From contig JAILNW010000050.1 in the NCBI GenBank assembly GCA_024691145.1, positions 1-42,154 of the forward strand: a stretch of DNA of 42,154 nt. Reading direction: 5' to 3'. Both the position numbers and the translations under genes were made by a program. Numbering within the stretch: the first letter of the stretch is position 1; each line of letters starts with the position of its first letter. The notes under the pieces are model-generated. The model saw only the letters and a program-made list of their open reading frames with translations. It ran no database searches and had not been told where the DNA came from. The DNA comes from Lachnospiraceae bacterium. GTDB lineage: Bacteria > Bacillota > Clostridia > Lachnospirales > Lachnospiraceae. Of the stretch, positions 14,530-24,902 are shown in pieces.

Positions 14530-15162
14530 TTACGTAATATCTGTAAATCCTAATCTGTTTAGTATCTTTCCATATGATTCAACATTTGGTATAAGAATAA
14601 AATATCCATTTATCTCTCTGTCTATTTCACCAAATTTTGACTGGATAAATAATGCTTTATCACCCATTTTTCCAAACTCAATAGCTGGAACACTAAGTAT
14701 TGCACCTGCCATATCAATGGATAATGAAGGAATAGAAGCATTTATAGTCATTCCTGTTAACTGGCTGAGGGAATATAAATATGCACCACATATTATATTT
14801 CCCACCTCGCTAAGTGCGGATTTATCCATATCACTAAATGTGCCATCTTCAGACGGTGGACATTGCATAAGGTTACTTACCATATATCTTGCAGATTCTT
14901 CCTCAATGATAAACAACATCATTCCATCTATATCCATTGAAAGACTTAACATTATTCCAACTACTGAAACTTCTGCTCCTCCTAAAACATCAGGAAGTTC
15001 TGAAAAGTCAAGCATAGATACTTTTGGAACACTCATATCAATTCTTTCATTAAGAAGCTGTGATAGTGCTGTTGTTGCATTACCTGCACCAATATTACCT
15101 ATTTCTCTGAGTACATCATAATACTCGTCATTCATTTTGTTAAAATCAAAACCATTTCCCAT
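14530..15162 (-). CDS. cheC: CheY-P phosphatase CheC
   Basis: Duplicated CheC/FliY active-site helices: DVLREIGNIGAGNATTALSQLL and SALSEVGNIICGAYL. Confidence 0.92.
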   Translation of the reverse strand: MGNGFDFNKMNDEYYDVLREIGNIGAGNATTALSQLLNERIDMSVPKVSMLDFSELPDVLGGAEVSVVGIMLSLSMDIDGMMLFIIEEESARYMVSNLMQCPPSEDGTFSDMDKSALSEVGNIICGAYLYSLSQLTGMTINASIPSLSIDMAGAILSVPAIEFGKMGDKALFIQSKFGEIDREINGYFILIPNVESYGKILNRLGFTDIT

Positions 15163-15177
15163 TATTTACCTCCCTGT

Positions 15178-15639
15178 CTATCTGTCCATATCCTTATCTA
15201 TTACTACGCCTGCAATATTAAGAAGTGAGATAAGTTCATTGCCATATTTTCCAATTCCACTTAAATACATTGCTTTTTCATCAGTAGAATTCTGAGCTAC
15301 AGGTTCTATCTCATCATCACTTATAGTGATAACTTCTTTAACCATATCCACAAGAATTCCAACTGCTGCCTGTGGCTCTAATTTAATTATTATTATTCTT
15401 GTAAGATTAGTTATTTCATCATCATCAAGTCCAAATTTTACTCTTAAGCTCATTACGGGAAGAACTTCACCTCTAAGGTTAATTACACCTTTAAAATATT
15501 CCTGAGCCTTTGGTACTCTTGTAATTCTCTGCATTCTTACAATATTATCAATATAATTTATATCTATGCCAAACTGCTCTCCGCCAAGTTTGACTACTAT
15601 GTATTGTTTTGTTCCACTGGATGTATTATTAGTTTCCAT
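15178..15639 (-). CDS. cheW: Chemotaxis coupling protein CheW
   Basis: 153 aa single CheW domain (QYIVVKLGGEQFGIDI..V..I.....IT.VP...EYFKGVINLRGEVLPV). Confidence 0.93.
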   Translation of the reverse strand: METNNTSSGTKQYIVVKLGGEQFGIDINYIDNIVRMQRITRVPKAQEYFKGVINLRGEVLPVMSLRVKFGLDDDEITNLTRIIIIKLEPQAAVGILVDMVKEVITISDDEIEPVAQNSTDEKAMYLSGIGKYGNELISLLNIAGVVIDKDMDR

Positions 15640-15649
15640 AAATTACCTC

Positions 15650-17725
15650 CTAAACCATCGCATTTACATCAAGAATAAGTGCAACTTCTCCATCTCCAAG
15701 AATAGTGGCACCGCCAATCATCTTGCTGTTATTGATGTATTTTCCTAATGGTTTAATAACAATTTCCTGCTGTCCAATAAGATTATCTACAACCATACCT
15801 GCCTGTTTATCACCCTTTGAGACAATAACTACAGTTAATGAATCATTTTTCTCTTCAAGTGGTTCAACATCAAGTACTTCCTCTAATCTTACAAGAGGTA
15901 TTACAGAACCTCTTAAGTTAATTACTTCTTTACTCTGAACATATTTTATATCATTGTAATCAACATCTTCAATTGTCTGAATGCTTCCAAGTGGTATAGC
16001 ATACTTTTCTTTTCCTATTTCAACCATAAGTGCCTGAATAATGGCAAGTGTAAGCGGAAGTCTTATTATAAAGTTACTTCCTTCACCAAGTACGGATCTT
16101 GCCTCAATGTCTCCTCCGAGAGCCTCTATCTTGCTCTTAACAACATCAAGACCAACACCTCTTCCTGAAATATCAGATACTACTTCGGCAGTTGAAAAAC
16201 TTGGTCTGAAAAGTAAATCAACAATTTCATTCTCTGCCATTGTTTCAGCTTGTTCAGGAGTTATAACGCCTTTACTTAAGGCCTTATTCTTTACTTTTTC
16301 AACATCAATTCCGGCTCCGTCGTCCTTTACTTCTATAACAACGTTGTTACCATCCTGATATGCATCTAAAAGTATAGTACCCTGTTCTGGTTTTCCTTTC
16401 TTTACTCTGACCTCTCCAGATTCAATACCATGATCTGCTGCATTTCTTAAGAGGTGCATTAAAGGATCACCAATCTCATCTATAACTGTTCTGTCAAGTT
16501 CTGTATCTTCACCTGACATGTACAATTCCATTTTCTTATTAAGTTTCTTAGCAAGATCCCTTATCATTCTAGGGAAACGGTTAACAACACTTTCAATAGG
16601 CACCATTCGAACCTTCATAACTGACTCATGAAGATTAGTAGTTATACTTTCAAGATATTCAATCTGCTCATTAAAGCTGTCATTCTTTCTTCCTTCGCTT
16701 CCGTGTGCCCCTATTGATACAAGTCCATTCTTTGCAATAATAAGCTCACTTACAAGATTCATAAGTATATCTAACTTTTCAATATCAACTCTTACCGAAC
16801 GGTTTACCACTGGTTTTGCAGCTGCCTGTTTCTTAGGCTGATTTTTTTCTTCCTGCTTGTTCTTTGTACTTAAATCACTTACAGCTTCAACCGCCTCTTT
16901 AGCAGGCTCTGGTTTCTTATCGCTATGCTGTTCATCGATCTCTACATCGCCAATATAAACCTCAGTAACCTCAGATACATTACCTATTGATTTTTTTACA
17001 TCTTCCATTTTTGACTTTGTTAAAAGTACAATTGAAAAGTTATCATCAAACTCTTCATTCTCTATATCCTGAGAATCTGGATTTGATTTAATTATCTCTC
17101 CATGCTCTTCTGCTGCCTTAAATATAAGAAAAGCTCTGGCTGACTTTAACATACACTTTTCATTTATATATACAGTAATAGCATATGCAGACATTCCGGA
17201 TTGTCTTGCAGCTTCAATAGCATGTATTTCATGTGAAGCATATACAAGCTCCTTATATTTTTCCTTAATGCCACTTTCGTCTTTTTCCTTATGTGGTTCT
17301 TCCTCCTGCATCAGTTTCTTATCATCACTGTCTTTACCTGTTCCGCTTTTTAATATTTCATTTAATTCTTCAATAATCTCATCGTTGTCTTCTGTTCCTT
17401 CTGAAGCTGTTTCCTGAATATTAGACAAATACGATTCGAGTGCATCTATCCCCTTAAACAATACGTCAATAAGATTGTCAGTAACAATCATATTTCCATT
17501 TCTTATTTCAGAAAATACATTCTCCATATCATGAGTTAATCTCTGCATTCTCATAAAGCCCATGGTACCAGCCATGCCCTTTAATGAGTGAGCTGCTCTG
17601 AATATCTCATTAATGGTATCTATATTGTCTGCCTCTTTTTCCAAAATAAGAATGTGCTCATTAAGTGCCTGTAAATGTTCCTTAGTTTCTTCAATAAATA
17701 TTTCAAGATATTGACTTACGTCCAT
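15650..17725 (-). CDS. cheA: Chemotaxis histidine kinase CheA
   Basis: HPt site FRAAHSLKGMAGTMGF. HATPase blocks HLLRNAADHGIE, DDGAGID, GRGVGLDVV. C-terminal CheW-like domain. Confidence 0.96.
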   Translation of the reverse strand: MDVSQYLEIFIEETKEHLQALNEHILILEKEADNIDTINEIFRAAHSLKGMAGTMGFMRMQRLTHDMENVFSEIRNGNMIVTDNLIDVLFKGIDALESYLSNIQETASEGTEDNDEIIEELNEILKSGTGKDSDDKKLMQEEEPHKEKDESGIKEKYKELVYASHEIHAIEAARQSGMSAYAITVYINEKCMLKSARAFLIFKAAEEHGEIIKSNPDSQDIENEEFDDNFSIVLLTKSKMEDVKKSIGNVSEVTEVYIGDVEIDEQHSDKKPEPAKEAVEAVSDLSTKNKQEEKNQPKKQAAAKPVVNRSVRVDIEKLDILMNLVSELIIAKNGLVSIGAHGSEGRKNDSFNEQIEYLESITTNLHESVMKVRMVPIESVVNRFPRMIRDLAKKLNKKMELYMSGEDTELDRTVIDEIGDPLMHLLRNAADHGIESGEVRVKKGKPEQGTILLDAYQDGNNVVIEVKDDGAGIDVEKVKNKALSKGVITPEQAETMAENEIVDLLFRPSFSTAEVVSDISGRGVGLDVVKSKIEALGGDIEARSVLGEGSNFIIRLPLTLAIIQALMVEIGKEKYAIPLGSIQTIEDVDYNDIKYVQSKEVINLRGSVIPLVRLEEVLDVEPLEEKNDSLTVVIVSKGDKQAGMVVDNLIGQQEIVIKPLGKYINNSKMIGGATILGDGEVALILDVNAMV

Positions 17726-17767
17726 TGCTGCACCCCCGCATATAAAGATTTATTTTTTCATAAGTAT

Positions 17768-17800
17768 ATTATACCAAAAATAACCCTTCTCATAAGTGCA
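17768..17800 (-). promoter_or_regulatory. Candidate internal extended -10 promoter upstream of cheA
   Basis: Minus strand reads ..TTTTTGgTATAATat.. (TG at 17776-17775, TATAAT at 17773-17768), inside an unusually long 125-nt gap. There is no good -35 at 17 nt (TTGCAC is 22 nt away). Confidence 0.35.
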
Positions 17801-17850
17801 AAGTAATCATTTTTGGAAGTTTTTTACTTTTATTGTAATTTTTTTCTTTA

Positions 17851-18555
17851 TTAGTATCTGTCATTCATTTTATTTCTTCTTCTACGTTCTTCTTCGAAGA
17901 TAAATTTTACAACCTGTTCCCTGTCTGATTTCGTTATATCCAGATAAGATATACGATATTCCATCATGTCTGGATACTGTTCAAGTGTTGTCATCATAAC
18001 AATTCTTGCCTGACATTCGCAATGGAACTCACTTGTTAAGTCCTTTCCAAGTGTAAAACTAATCATTACTTCCTTTGCATCAGAAAGACTTGCTTTACTG
18101 TTAAACTTCATACCACCGCCACTTATATCAGTAAGAGTGGCTTTGTTCCAGTCTGAAGGATTGATTTCCAAAGGGTCTCCTTTGTAATCCCTTGAAAGTT
18201 TGGCAAACTTAATGTCTGTCACATATTCAAGTCTGAAATACTCTCTTCTCTGGAACTTTTCCATTTCAGACATAAACTGTATGGTACAAACCATTTGTCC
18301 CCTGTCTTTTCCTATTTCTATAACCTGAGACTTGCATTTGTATATTCCATTTTTCGTGCAAAAACAGGTTTCAAACTTGTCTCCTGTTTTTACAGGAACG
18401 TATTCCATTCGTTCCATTGGCATGGATATAACAACTTTATCATCATCCTTAAAATCCTGAACCTTACTTACATATTTTTTCTCTGTTGCGTCCGATTTAA
18501 GTTTTCTTGTTATATCTATTTTGTCTCCTATGTTTAGTACTCTTCTAGACGCCAT
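17851..18555 (-). CDS. PilZ-domain c-di-GMP receptor, YcgR/MotI-like flagellar brake or clutch protein
   Basis: PilZ motifs RxxxR (QRREYFRLE) and D/NxSxxG (TDISGGGMKF), plus a YcgR-like N-terminal beta-barrel region. Overlaps the flhG stop by 11 nt. Confidence 0.85.
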   Translation of the reverse strand: MASRRVLNIGDKIDITRKLKSDATEKKYVSKVQDFKDDDKVVISMPMERMEYVPVKTGDKFETCFCTKNGIYKCKSQVIEIGKDRGQMVCTIQFMSEMEKFQRREYFRLEYVTDIKFAKLSRDYKGDPLEINPSDWNKATLTDISGGGMKFNSKASLSDAKEVMISFTLGKDLTSEFHCECQARIVMMTTLEQYPDMMEYRISYLDITKSDREQVVKFIFEEERRRRNKMNDRY

Positions 18556-19444
18556 TCTTTACTTCTCCTCTCTTTAGCAGACTCGCCCTGATTATTCCCG
18601 TAAATATTCTTGTTATACCGCCTTTAGAAACAATCTGCTCGGAATCACCACTATATATTTTTTCAGCAATTGCCTGCACACTTTTAGTTGCAGGTGAAGC
18701 TGGATACATTACGCTTAATGGTTCCTGCTGCAAAACTGCTTTCATCAAGTTCGAATCCTGCAGAACAGCCCCCATATATTCAAGCTTTATATCCAGGAAT
18801 TTTTCCACCACCACATTAAAGTTGTTGTACAGCTGGTGCCCTTCCCTGTCAGATGGTACTCTGTTGGCAATTAAACTAATTGTCTTATCCTTTATTATGT
18901 CTCCAAATGAGTTAAGTGTTTTCAATAATGCATAAGCATCCGTAAGTGAAGTAGGTTCAGGTGTTGCAACAAGAAGCACCTCAGAACTTAATATTACAAA
19001 CTGAAGAACAACACTCGAAATTCCTGCTCCGGTATCTATTATTACGATATCCGCTAACTCATCAAGTTCATAAAGCTGGCTTGTCATAAGTTCTATCTGG
19101 TCAGCCTTTAGATTATTAAGTTCCTGTATTCCCGTTCCGCCTGATATAAAACCTATTCCCATAGGTCCTTCAGTTATTATATCCTTAAGCTTCATACCTT
19201 TAAACATAAGGTCTGCAAGATTATATTTGGGTCTTATGCCAAGCATTACTTCTATATTGGCTAGTCCAAAATCAGCATCAAGAATAATTACTCTTTTTCC
19301 AAGTTTGGCAAGCTGTAATGCCAGGTTTACTGAAATGCTTGACTTTCCAACTCCGCCTTTTCCGCTGGTTACTGTTATTACTCTTGCAAGTGAATTCTGA
19401 CTTTGTTTTTTCATAAGTTCACGTAATGATTCTGCCTGATCCAT
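18545..19444 (-). CDS. flhG: MinD/ParA-type ATPase FlhG (YlxH/FleN)
   Basis: Deviant Walker A VTSGKGGVGKSS, DADFGLAN; lies immediately after flhF. Confidence 0.92.
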   Translation of the reverse strand: MDQAESLRELMKKQSQNSLARVITVTSGKGGVGKSSISVNLALQLAKLGKRVIILDADFGLANIEVMLGIRPKYNLADLMFKGMKLKDIITEGPMGIGFISGGTGIQELNNLKADQIELMTSQLYELDELADIVIIDTGAGISSVVLQFVILSSEVLLVATPEPTSLTDAYALLKTLNSFGDIIKDKTISLIANRVPSDREGHQLYNNFNVVVEKFLDIKLEYMGAVLQDSNLMKAVLQQEPLSVMYPASPATKSVQAIAEKIYSGDSEQIVSKGGITRIFTGIIRASLLKRGEVKNGV

Positions 19445-19446
19445 GT

Positions 19447-20631
19447 CTATTCACCCCCAAGTAACTGCTTCGCAATAAGTTGTGAATCTAATTTTCCTAT
19501 ATCATTAGGAACATCCTGTCCATATGCCACATATGAAAGATCAGCATTTGTAAACATCTTTACATTAAGAATATTTCCAAAGTTGATTGTTTCATCTGTT
19601 TTTGTAAACAACAATCTGTAATTATTTATTTCAGCATAGGAATTTACAATATTTTTTAAATCAACATACTTCGTTGTTGCACTAAGTACAAGAAATACTT
19701 CTCTTTTTTCTTCCTCCACTGCATTTATAAAATTAAGAAGATCATTTCTCTGCTCCTTATTTTTATGATTTCTTCCTGCAGTATCAATAAGCACAACATC
19801 ATATTTTTCAAGTTCTTCCTTAGCTCTTAATATCTCCTCAGGAGTATAAACAACAGTAATAGGAAGTTTTAAAATATTTGCATAAACCCTTAACTGCTCG
19901 ACTGCAGCAATTCTGTAGGTATCTGTAGTAAGAAGTGCTATATTGTATTTTTTATTAATTTTAAAATCCGAAGCTATTTTAGCTATTGTTGTTGTTTTTC
20001 CAACTCCTGTAGGTCCAACAAAGAATATAAACTTAGGATTTTTATCTCCTACTTCTATTATCTTTGGCTGGCCGAGTTTAAGCACTATTTTCTGGTAAAT
20101 GGATGTAAGTATATTATCAACCGGCGTATCTTTTTTAATATTACACCTTACTTCTCCAATAATCTCATCTATATACTTCTCATCAACCTCATGCTTTTTT
20201 AACTGCTTAATAATAAGATTAAGACACTCTTCTGATTTATCAGGCAGTTTCTTTTCTTCCTCCGCAGTTTCTTTTACTTCTTCTTTTGTTTCAGCTTCCT
20301 TAAGTTTTATGTTTCTTTCATTATTCATCTGAGTCTCTATAAGGGAAGCCAGTTTATTAATTTTTTCCTCAATTGCGTCTGTTTTGTCTTCTTTTTTCTC
20401 TTCTTCCTTTTTTACAAATGCTTTATTTGCATCTTCTTTTGTGTCAGAAGAATATTTTTTCATTTCGTCAATTGCTGCCGTTACTTCCACAGAAGGCTTT
20501 CTGAATATTCGATAAAATCCCTTAGGAGATATTTTCTTTATATTCATTACAATTGCGTCTTTTCCCAATTCTTCTCTTACAAGTAACATTGCATCCTGTT
20601 CTGTATTAGCCTGATATTTTTTTATTATCAT
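19447..20631 (-). CDS. flhF: SRP-type GTPase FlhF
   Basis: G1 FVGPTGVGKTTTIAK, G3 DTAGR, G4 TKTDE. Confidence 0.93.
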   Translation of the reverse strand: MIIKKYQANTEQDAMLLVREELGKDAIVMNIKKISPKGFYRIFRKPSVEVTAAIDEMKKYSSDTKEDANKAFVKKEEEKKEDKTDAIEEKINKLASLIETQMNNERNIKLKEAETKEEVKETAEEEKKLPDKSEECLNLIIKQLKKHEVDEKYIDEIIGEVRCNIKKDTPVDNILTSIYQKIVLKLGQPKIIEVGDKNPKFIFFVGPTGVGKTTTIAKIASDFKINKKYNIALLTTDTYRIAAVEQLRVYANILKLPITVVYTPEEILRAKEELEKYDVVLIDTAGRNHKNKEQRNDLLNFINAVEEEKREVFLVLSATTKYVDLKNIVNSYAEINNYRLLFTKTDETINFGNILNVKMFTNADLSYVAYGQDVPNDIGKLDSQLIAKQLLGGE

Positions 20632-22673
20632 ACAGTCACCATCCCAACTGATTGTAATTCAACGTTTGATTCTATTTCGTTATACGAAATAACAATCAAA
20701 TCGCTTATATAATCCATCGTCAGACGTTTAAAATAAGTTCTAACTATTGGTGATGTCACAACAATAGGATTCTTTCCAATGTTTTCAAGTTTCCTAACTT
20801 CTTCTGTTACAGAATGGATTATTCCCTTTGTCCTTTCAGGATCAAGTGTAAGGAATGTACCCTGTTCTGTCTGTTTAACAGAATTCATAATTTCCTGTTC
20901 AATCTTAGGATCAAGAGTAACCACGCTTGTCATTTCATTATCTGCAAAATACTTATTAGAAATGGCTCTCTTTAGTCTTTGTCTTACATATTCAGTAAGT
21001 ATATCCGGATCCCTTGATGTCGGTGCATAGTCTGCAAGTGTCTCAAATATTGTTACAAGGTCCCTTATTGAAATACCTTCTTTCAACAGATTCTGAAGTA
21101 CCTTCTGAATCTCACCAACACCAAGAATTCTTGGAACAAGTTCTGTAATAAGTGTTTCATTGGCTTCTTTGATGTTATTAATAAGATTCTGTACATCCTG
21201 TCTTGTAAGAAGTTCATCAAGGTGGGCTCTTATAACTTCTGTAAGGTGTGTTGCAATAATTGAAGGTGGATCTACTACTGTGTATCCAAAAGATTCCGCT
21301 CTTTCACGCTGGCCTTCAGTAATCCATAAAGCAGGAAGATGGAATGATGGTTCAACAGTTGGTATACCAACAATCTCCTCCTCTACGTACCCTGGGTTCA
21401 TTGCCATATAGTGGTCAAATAATATCTCACCATCACTAACTGGCACACCTTTAATCTTTATCACATATTGATTTGGATTAAGCTGGATATTGTCTCTTAA
21501 TCTTATAATAGGAACAACACAGCCAAGTTCCAAAGCAATCTGTCTTCTAATCATAACTACTCTGTCTAACAGGTCACCACCCTGGTTAACATCTGCAAGC
21601 GGTATAATACCATAACCGAACTCAAGTTCAATAGGGTCAACCTGCAAAAGAGCATTAACATTTTCTGGTCGTCTGATTTCTTCCACTTCATTCTCCTCTG
21701 GTGCAAGTTCTTCAGTCTTTGCAGAAATTTCAACATTTTTCTTAAGTCTTGAAGCTACAAATACAAATACAAGTCCGTAACTAACAAATATTATAAATGG
21801 AAGAGGTGTTACAACACCTAAAAATATAAGTGCTGCTCCTGCAAGATAAAGTACCTTAGGTGTTGAAAATAACTGTTTAACAAGTATATCTCCAATATCA
21901 GCTTCTTTAGATACCTTAGTAACAAGAACACCTGTTGCAAGAGATATCATAAGTGAAGGTATCTGGCTTACAAGGCCATCACCAATTGTAAGTATTGCAT
22001 ATTCCTGAAGAGCCTGGCTTGCATCCATTCCTCTTGAAAGCATTCCCATAAGAAGACCACCAATAAAGTTTACGCATGTAATGATAAGACCTGCCATAGC
22101 GTCTCCCTTTACATACTTGGTAGCACCGTCCATGGAACCGAAGAATGCTGATTCATCCTGAATCTTCTGTCTTCTTTCCCTTGCCTGTTCATCTGTAATT
22201 GCTCCTGTATTAAGATCAGCATCGATGGCCATCTGTTTACCAGGCATGGCATCAAGTGTAAATCTTGCTGTAACTTCAGATACACGCTCTGAACCTTTGT
22301 TAATTACCATAAACTGTACAATTAACAAAATAATAAATACAACAACACCTATTACAATATCTCCCCCACCTACGAAATCACCAAAGGTTCTTACAACCTC
22401 TCCTGGATCACCACTTGACAATATAAGTCTTGTTGATGATACGTTCAGAGAGATTCTGAATATTGTTGAAAAGAGTAATATCGAAGGAAAGCTCGACATA
22501 CTCAGTGCCTCTGGTGAAAACAGTGCGTTTAATAATATAATAAGTGCAACAGATATATTAATTGCCAATAACGCATCTAATAGAAATGATGGTATTGGAA
22601 TAATCATAAATACTATTGCTGATAGCAAATAGATACCTATACCTAAATCAGACTTTTTTACAGTCATAAGCAT
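20628..22673 (-). CDS. flhA: Flagellar type III export gate protein FlhA
   Basis: Eight-TM N-terminal region with RFTLDAMPGKQMAIDADLNTG, plus a large cytoplasmic C-domain. ATG 22673 shares one base with the flhB TGA (GTG at 22676 is an alternative start). Confidence 0.96.
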   Translation of the reverse strand: MLMTVKKSDLGIGIYLLSAIVFMIIPIPSFLLDALLAINISVALIILLNALFSPEALSMSSFPSILLFSTIFRISLNVSSTRLILSSGDPGEVVRTFGDFVGGGDIVIGVVVFIILLIVQFMVINKGSERVSEVTARFTLDAMPGKQMAIDADLNTGAITDEQARERRQKIQDESAFFGSMDGATKYVKGDAMAGLIITCVNFIGGLLMGMLSRGMDASQALQEYAILTIGDGLVSQIPSLMISLATGVLVTKVSKEADIGDILVKQLFSTPKVLYLAGAALIFLGVVTPLPFIIFVSYGLVFVFVASRLKKNVEISAKTEELAPEENEVEEIRRPENVNALLQVDPIELEFGYGIIPLADVNQGGDLLDRVVMIRRQIALELGCVVPIIRLRDNIQLNPNQYVIKIKGVPVSDGEILFDHYMAMNPGYVEEEIVGIPTVEPSFHLPALWITEGQRERAESFGYTVVDPPSIIATHLTEVIRAHLDELLTRQDVQNLINNIKEANETLITELVPRILGVGEIQKVLQNLLKEGISIRDLVTIFETLADYAPTSRDPDILTEYVRQRLKRAISNKYFADNEMTSVVTLDPKIEQEIMNSVKQTEQGTFLTLDPERTKGIIHSVTEEVRKLENIGKNPIVVTSPIVRTYFKRLTMDYISDLIVISYNEIESNVELQSVGMVTV

Positions 22674-23812
22674 CACTCATTTCCTTCTGTGTTAAGTGAA
22701 TAAACATGTGCTAAAACTTCTGCTACCATCTGATACAGTTCTGGTGGAATCTGTTCACCAATTTCCACATTATAATAAAGCATACGGGCTAAGGGTCTGT
22801 CTTCGTACAATTCTATGTTGTATTCTCTAGCCTTTTCCTTTATCTTCTGTGCAAGATAATCCTCACCCTTTGCTATAACAACAGGTGCTGTGTCTACTTT
22901 ATTGTCATACTTAATAGCAACTGCAAAGTGAGTAGGGTTTGTAATTACGACGTCTGCCTGTGGAAGGTCCTGCATCATACGTCTCATTGATGACTCCTGC
23001 ATACGTCTTCTTATCTGTCCCTTAATCTGAGGATCTCCTTCAGACTGTTTGTACTCGTCCTTTAATTCCTGCTTGGTCATCATCATATCTTTATTAAATT
23101 TATATTTCTGATAAAATAAATCAGCAAATCCTATTATCAAAAGCAAAAAACTAATCTTAATTGCAAGATTAAGAACCACATCACCAATTATCTTAATACA
23201 TGTCCATACATCATAGTCATAAAGAGTTTTTATAAGGTTCTGCTGGTCCTTTAGTGTATTATACACAACAGCAACTATTACAATTATCTTTAATATAGCT
23301 TTTATAAGTTCGACTACTTTTCTTCCTGATATAATGTTTTTTATACCCTTGGCAGGATTAAGTTTATCAAACTTAGGCTGAAGAGCCTTTGGAGATGGTT
23401 TTAAACCAACCTGGGCAATATTCATTACAAGTGCCAGTACATAGGCACATAAAAGAAACGGAATAGCTGCAATTAAAATAATTACAAGTGTCCTGTTAAT
23501 TATGGCTCTTGCTATATTTGTTGTAAAATTGCCCCCTGAATACAGGGAAATATATCCATACATTTCTTTAAATCCGTCTAAAAACCTGTTGGCAACAAAT
23601 CCAGCAAAAAGTTTTATAAATACAAACATGCTAATCAGAATTACTCCTGTAAGAAGATCCTGGCTTTTTGCAACCTGTCCTTCTTCTCTTGCTTTCTCGA
23701 GTTTTTTAGGAGTTGCCTGCTCAGTCTTCTCACCGCCTTCACCTTCGGCAAAGAACTGCAGGTTATATTTAATTCTTATTCTAAATGAACTTGCAATATT
23801 GTATTCTTCCAT
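22673..23812 (-). CDS. flhB: Flagellar export switch protein FlhB
   Basis: N-terminus LQFFAEGEGGEKTEQATPKKLEKAREEGQV. Autocleavage site VVITNPTHFAVAIKY. Confidence 0.96.
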   Translation of the reverse strand: MEEYNIASSFRIRIKYNLQFFAEGEGGEKTEQATPKKLEKAREEGQVAKSQDLLTGVILISMFVFIKLFAGFVANRFLDGFKEMYGYISLYSGGNFTTNIARAIINRTLVIILIAAIPFLLCAYVLALVMNIAQVGLKPSPKALQPKFDKLNPAKGIKNIISGRKVVELIKAILKIIVIVAVVYNTLKDQQNLIKTLYDYDVWTCIKIIGDVVLNLAIKISFLLLIIGFADLFYQKYKFNKDMMMTKQELKDEYKQSEGDPQIKGQIRRRMQESSMRRMMQDLPQADVVITNPTHFAVAIKYDNKVDTAPVVIAKGEDYLAQKIKEKAREYNIELYEDRPLARMLYYNVEIGEQIPPELYQMVAEVLAHVYSLNTEGNE

Positions 23813-23826
23813 AAAAACAATCCTTA

Positions 23827-24594
23827 TTATTTAAGCATATTTACCATTGTTCTTATAACTTCTTTAATCTGTTCAAATATATAGTCCGATATTCCTGCGT
23901 AAGAACCTGCAATTATAACAAGTATAAATAATCCTGCAAATATCTTAATCTGAAAACCAACTGCAAACATATTCATCTGTGGCGAAACTCTTGTTAATAT
24001 TCCAAGCACTACATTTGCAACCAGTATACACATAAAAACAGGAATAAATATTCTTATGGCAATTATAAAATAATTAACCAAAAATCCCACAAAGGCCGTA
24101 TAAATATTACTTGGAATGTTAACAGTTCCTGCTGGAATTATTTTAAAGGTATCAATAATTGCTTCTATTATGTACAAATGTGCATTTGATAGAAGCATAA
24201 TTATTAAAACCACATATGTAAGCAAATTACCCGTTATTGTTGTTTCAAAGCTTGCTGTTGGATTCATGGTCTGTACCATGGAAAAACCCATTTCAACATC
24301 CATAAGATTGCCGGCAAATCCTAATATCATCATACATATATTTGCGGAAAAGCCTATGATAACACCACACAGTACTTCTTTTATAACAAGCAGTGCAAAT
24401 CCCAGCACTCCAATATACTCTAATTTATCATATTCTAACATTGGATATGTTATAACAGCAAGCAATACCGACAGTGCTGCTTTTACTTTTCTGGGAATCA
24501 TATTCTGGCTAAAAATTGGTGCAGAATATATAAATGCTGATATCCTGGCAACAATTAGCAGGAAAAACTCTAATTGCTCAATAGTAAAATTCAT
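23827..24594 (-). CDS. fliR: Flagellar export apparatus protein FliR
   Basis: 255 aa polytopic membrane protein located between fliQ and flhB; FliR-like helices. Confidence 0.9.
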   Translation of the reverse strand: MNFTIEQLEFFLLIVARISAFIYSAPIFSQNMIPRKVKAALSVLLAVITYPMLEYDKLEYIGVLGFALLVIKEVLCGVIIGFSANICMMILGFAGNLMDVEMGFSMVQTMNPTASFETTITGNLLTYVVLIIMLLSNAHLYIIEAIIDTFKIIPAGTVNIPSNIYTAFVGFLVNYFIIAIRIFIPVFMCILVANVVLGILTRVSPQMNMFAVGFQIKIFAGLFILVIIAGSYAGISDYIFEQIKEVIRTMVNMLK

Positions 24595-24618
24595 ATAACA
24601 ATCCCTACTTCATCTTAG

Positions 24619-24888
24619 TTATCGAATATACAAATCAAAATTAGAAAATAATTCTTTCATATATTCCACCACAGTGCCAAGTATAAATGAGCCTGCAAGT
24701 GCCAGAATAAGAAATATAGCTAACAATTTTGGCACAAATGTAAGTGTCTGTTCCTGTATTGATGTAACGGTCTGTATAATACTTATTATAAGACCTACAA
24801 CAAGGGAAACTAACAACATTGGCATGGAGCATTTTATAACTACCAACAACGCCGCTCTCATAATATCAACAACCATATCAATAGTCAT
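24619..24888 (-). CDS. fliQ: Flagellar export apparatus protein FliQ
   Basis: 89 aa, two TM, ..PMLLVSLVVGLIISIIQTVTSIQEQTLTFVPKL.. RBS AAAGGAGGAAG. Confidence 0.93.
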   Translation of the reverse strand: MTIDMVVDIMRAALLVVIKCSMPMLLVSLVVGLIISIIQTVTSIQEQTLTFVPKLLAIFLILALAGSFILGTVVEYMKELFSNFDLYIR

Positions 24889-24902
24889 AAATCTTCCTCC
24901 TT

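Noticed and set aside
17801-17850. Weak AT-rich hairpin AAAGTAA..TTACTTT just after the PilZ gene, considered as a possible terminator.
   Set aside because: The 7-bp stem is all A/T with a 17-nt loop and would be very unstable. It is not convincing as an intrinsic terminator.
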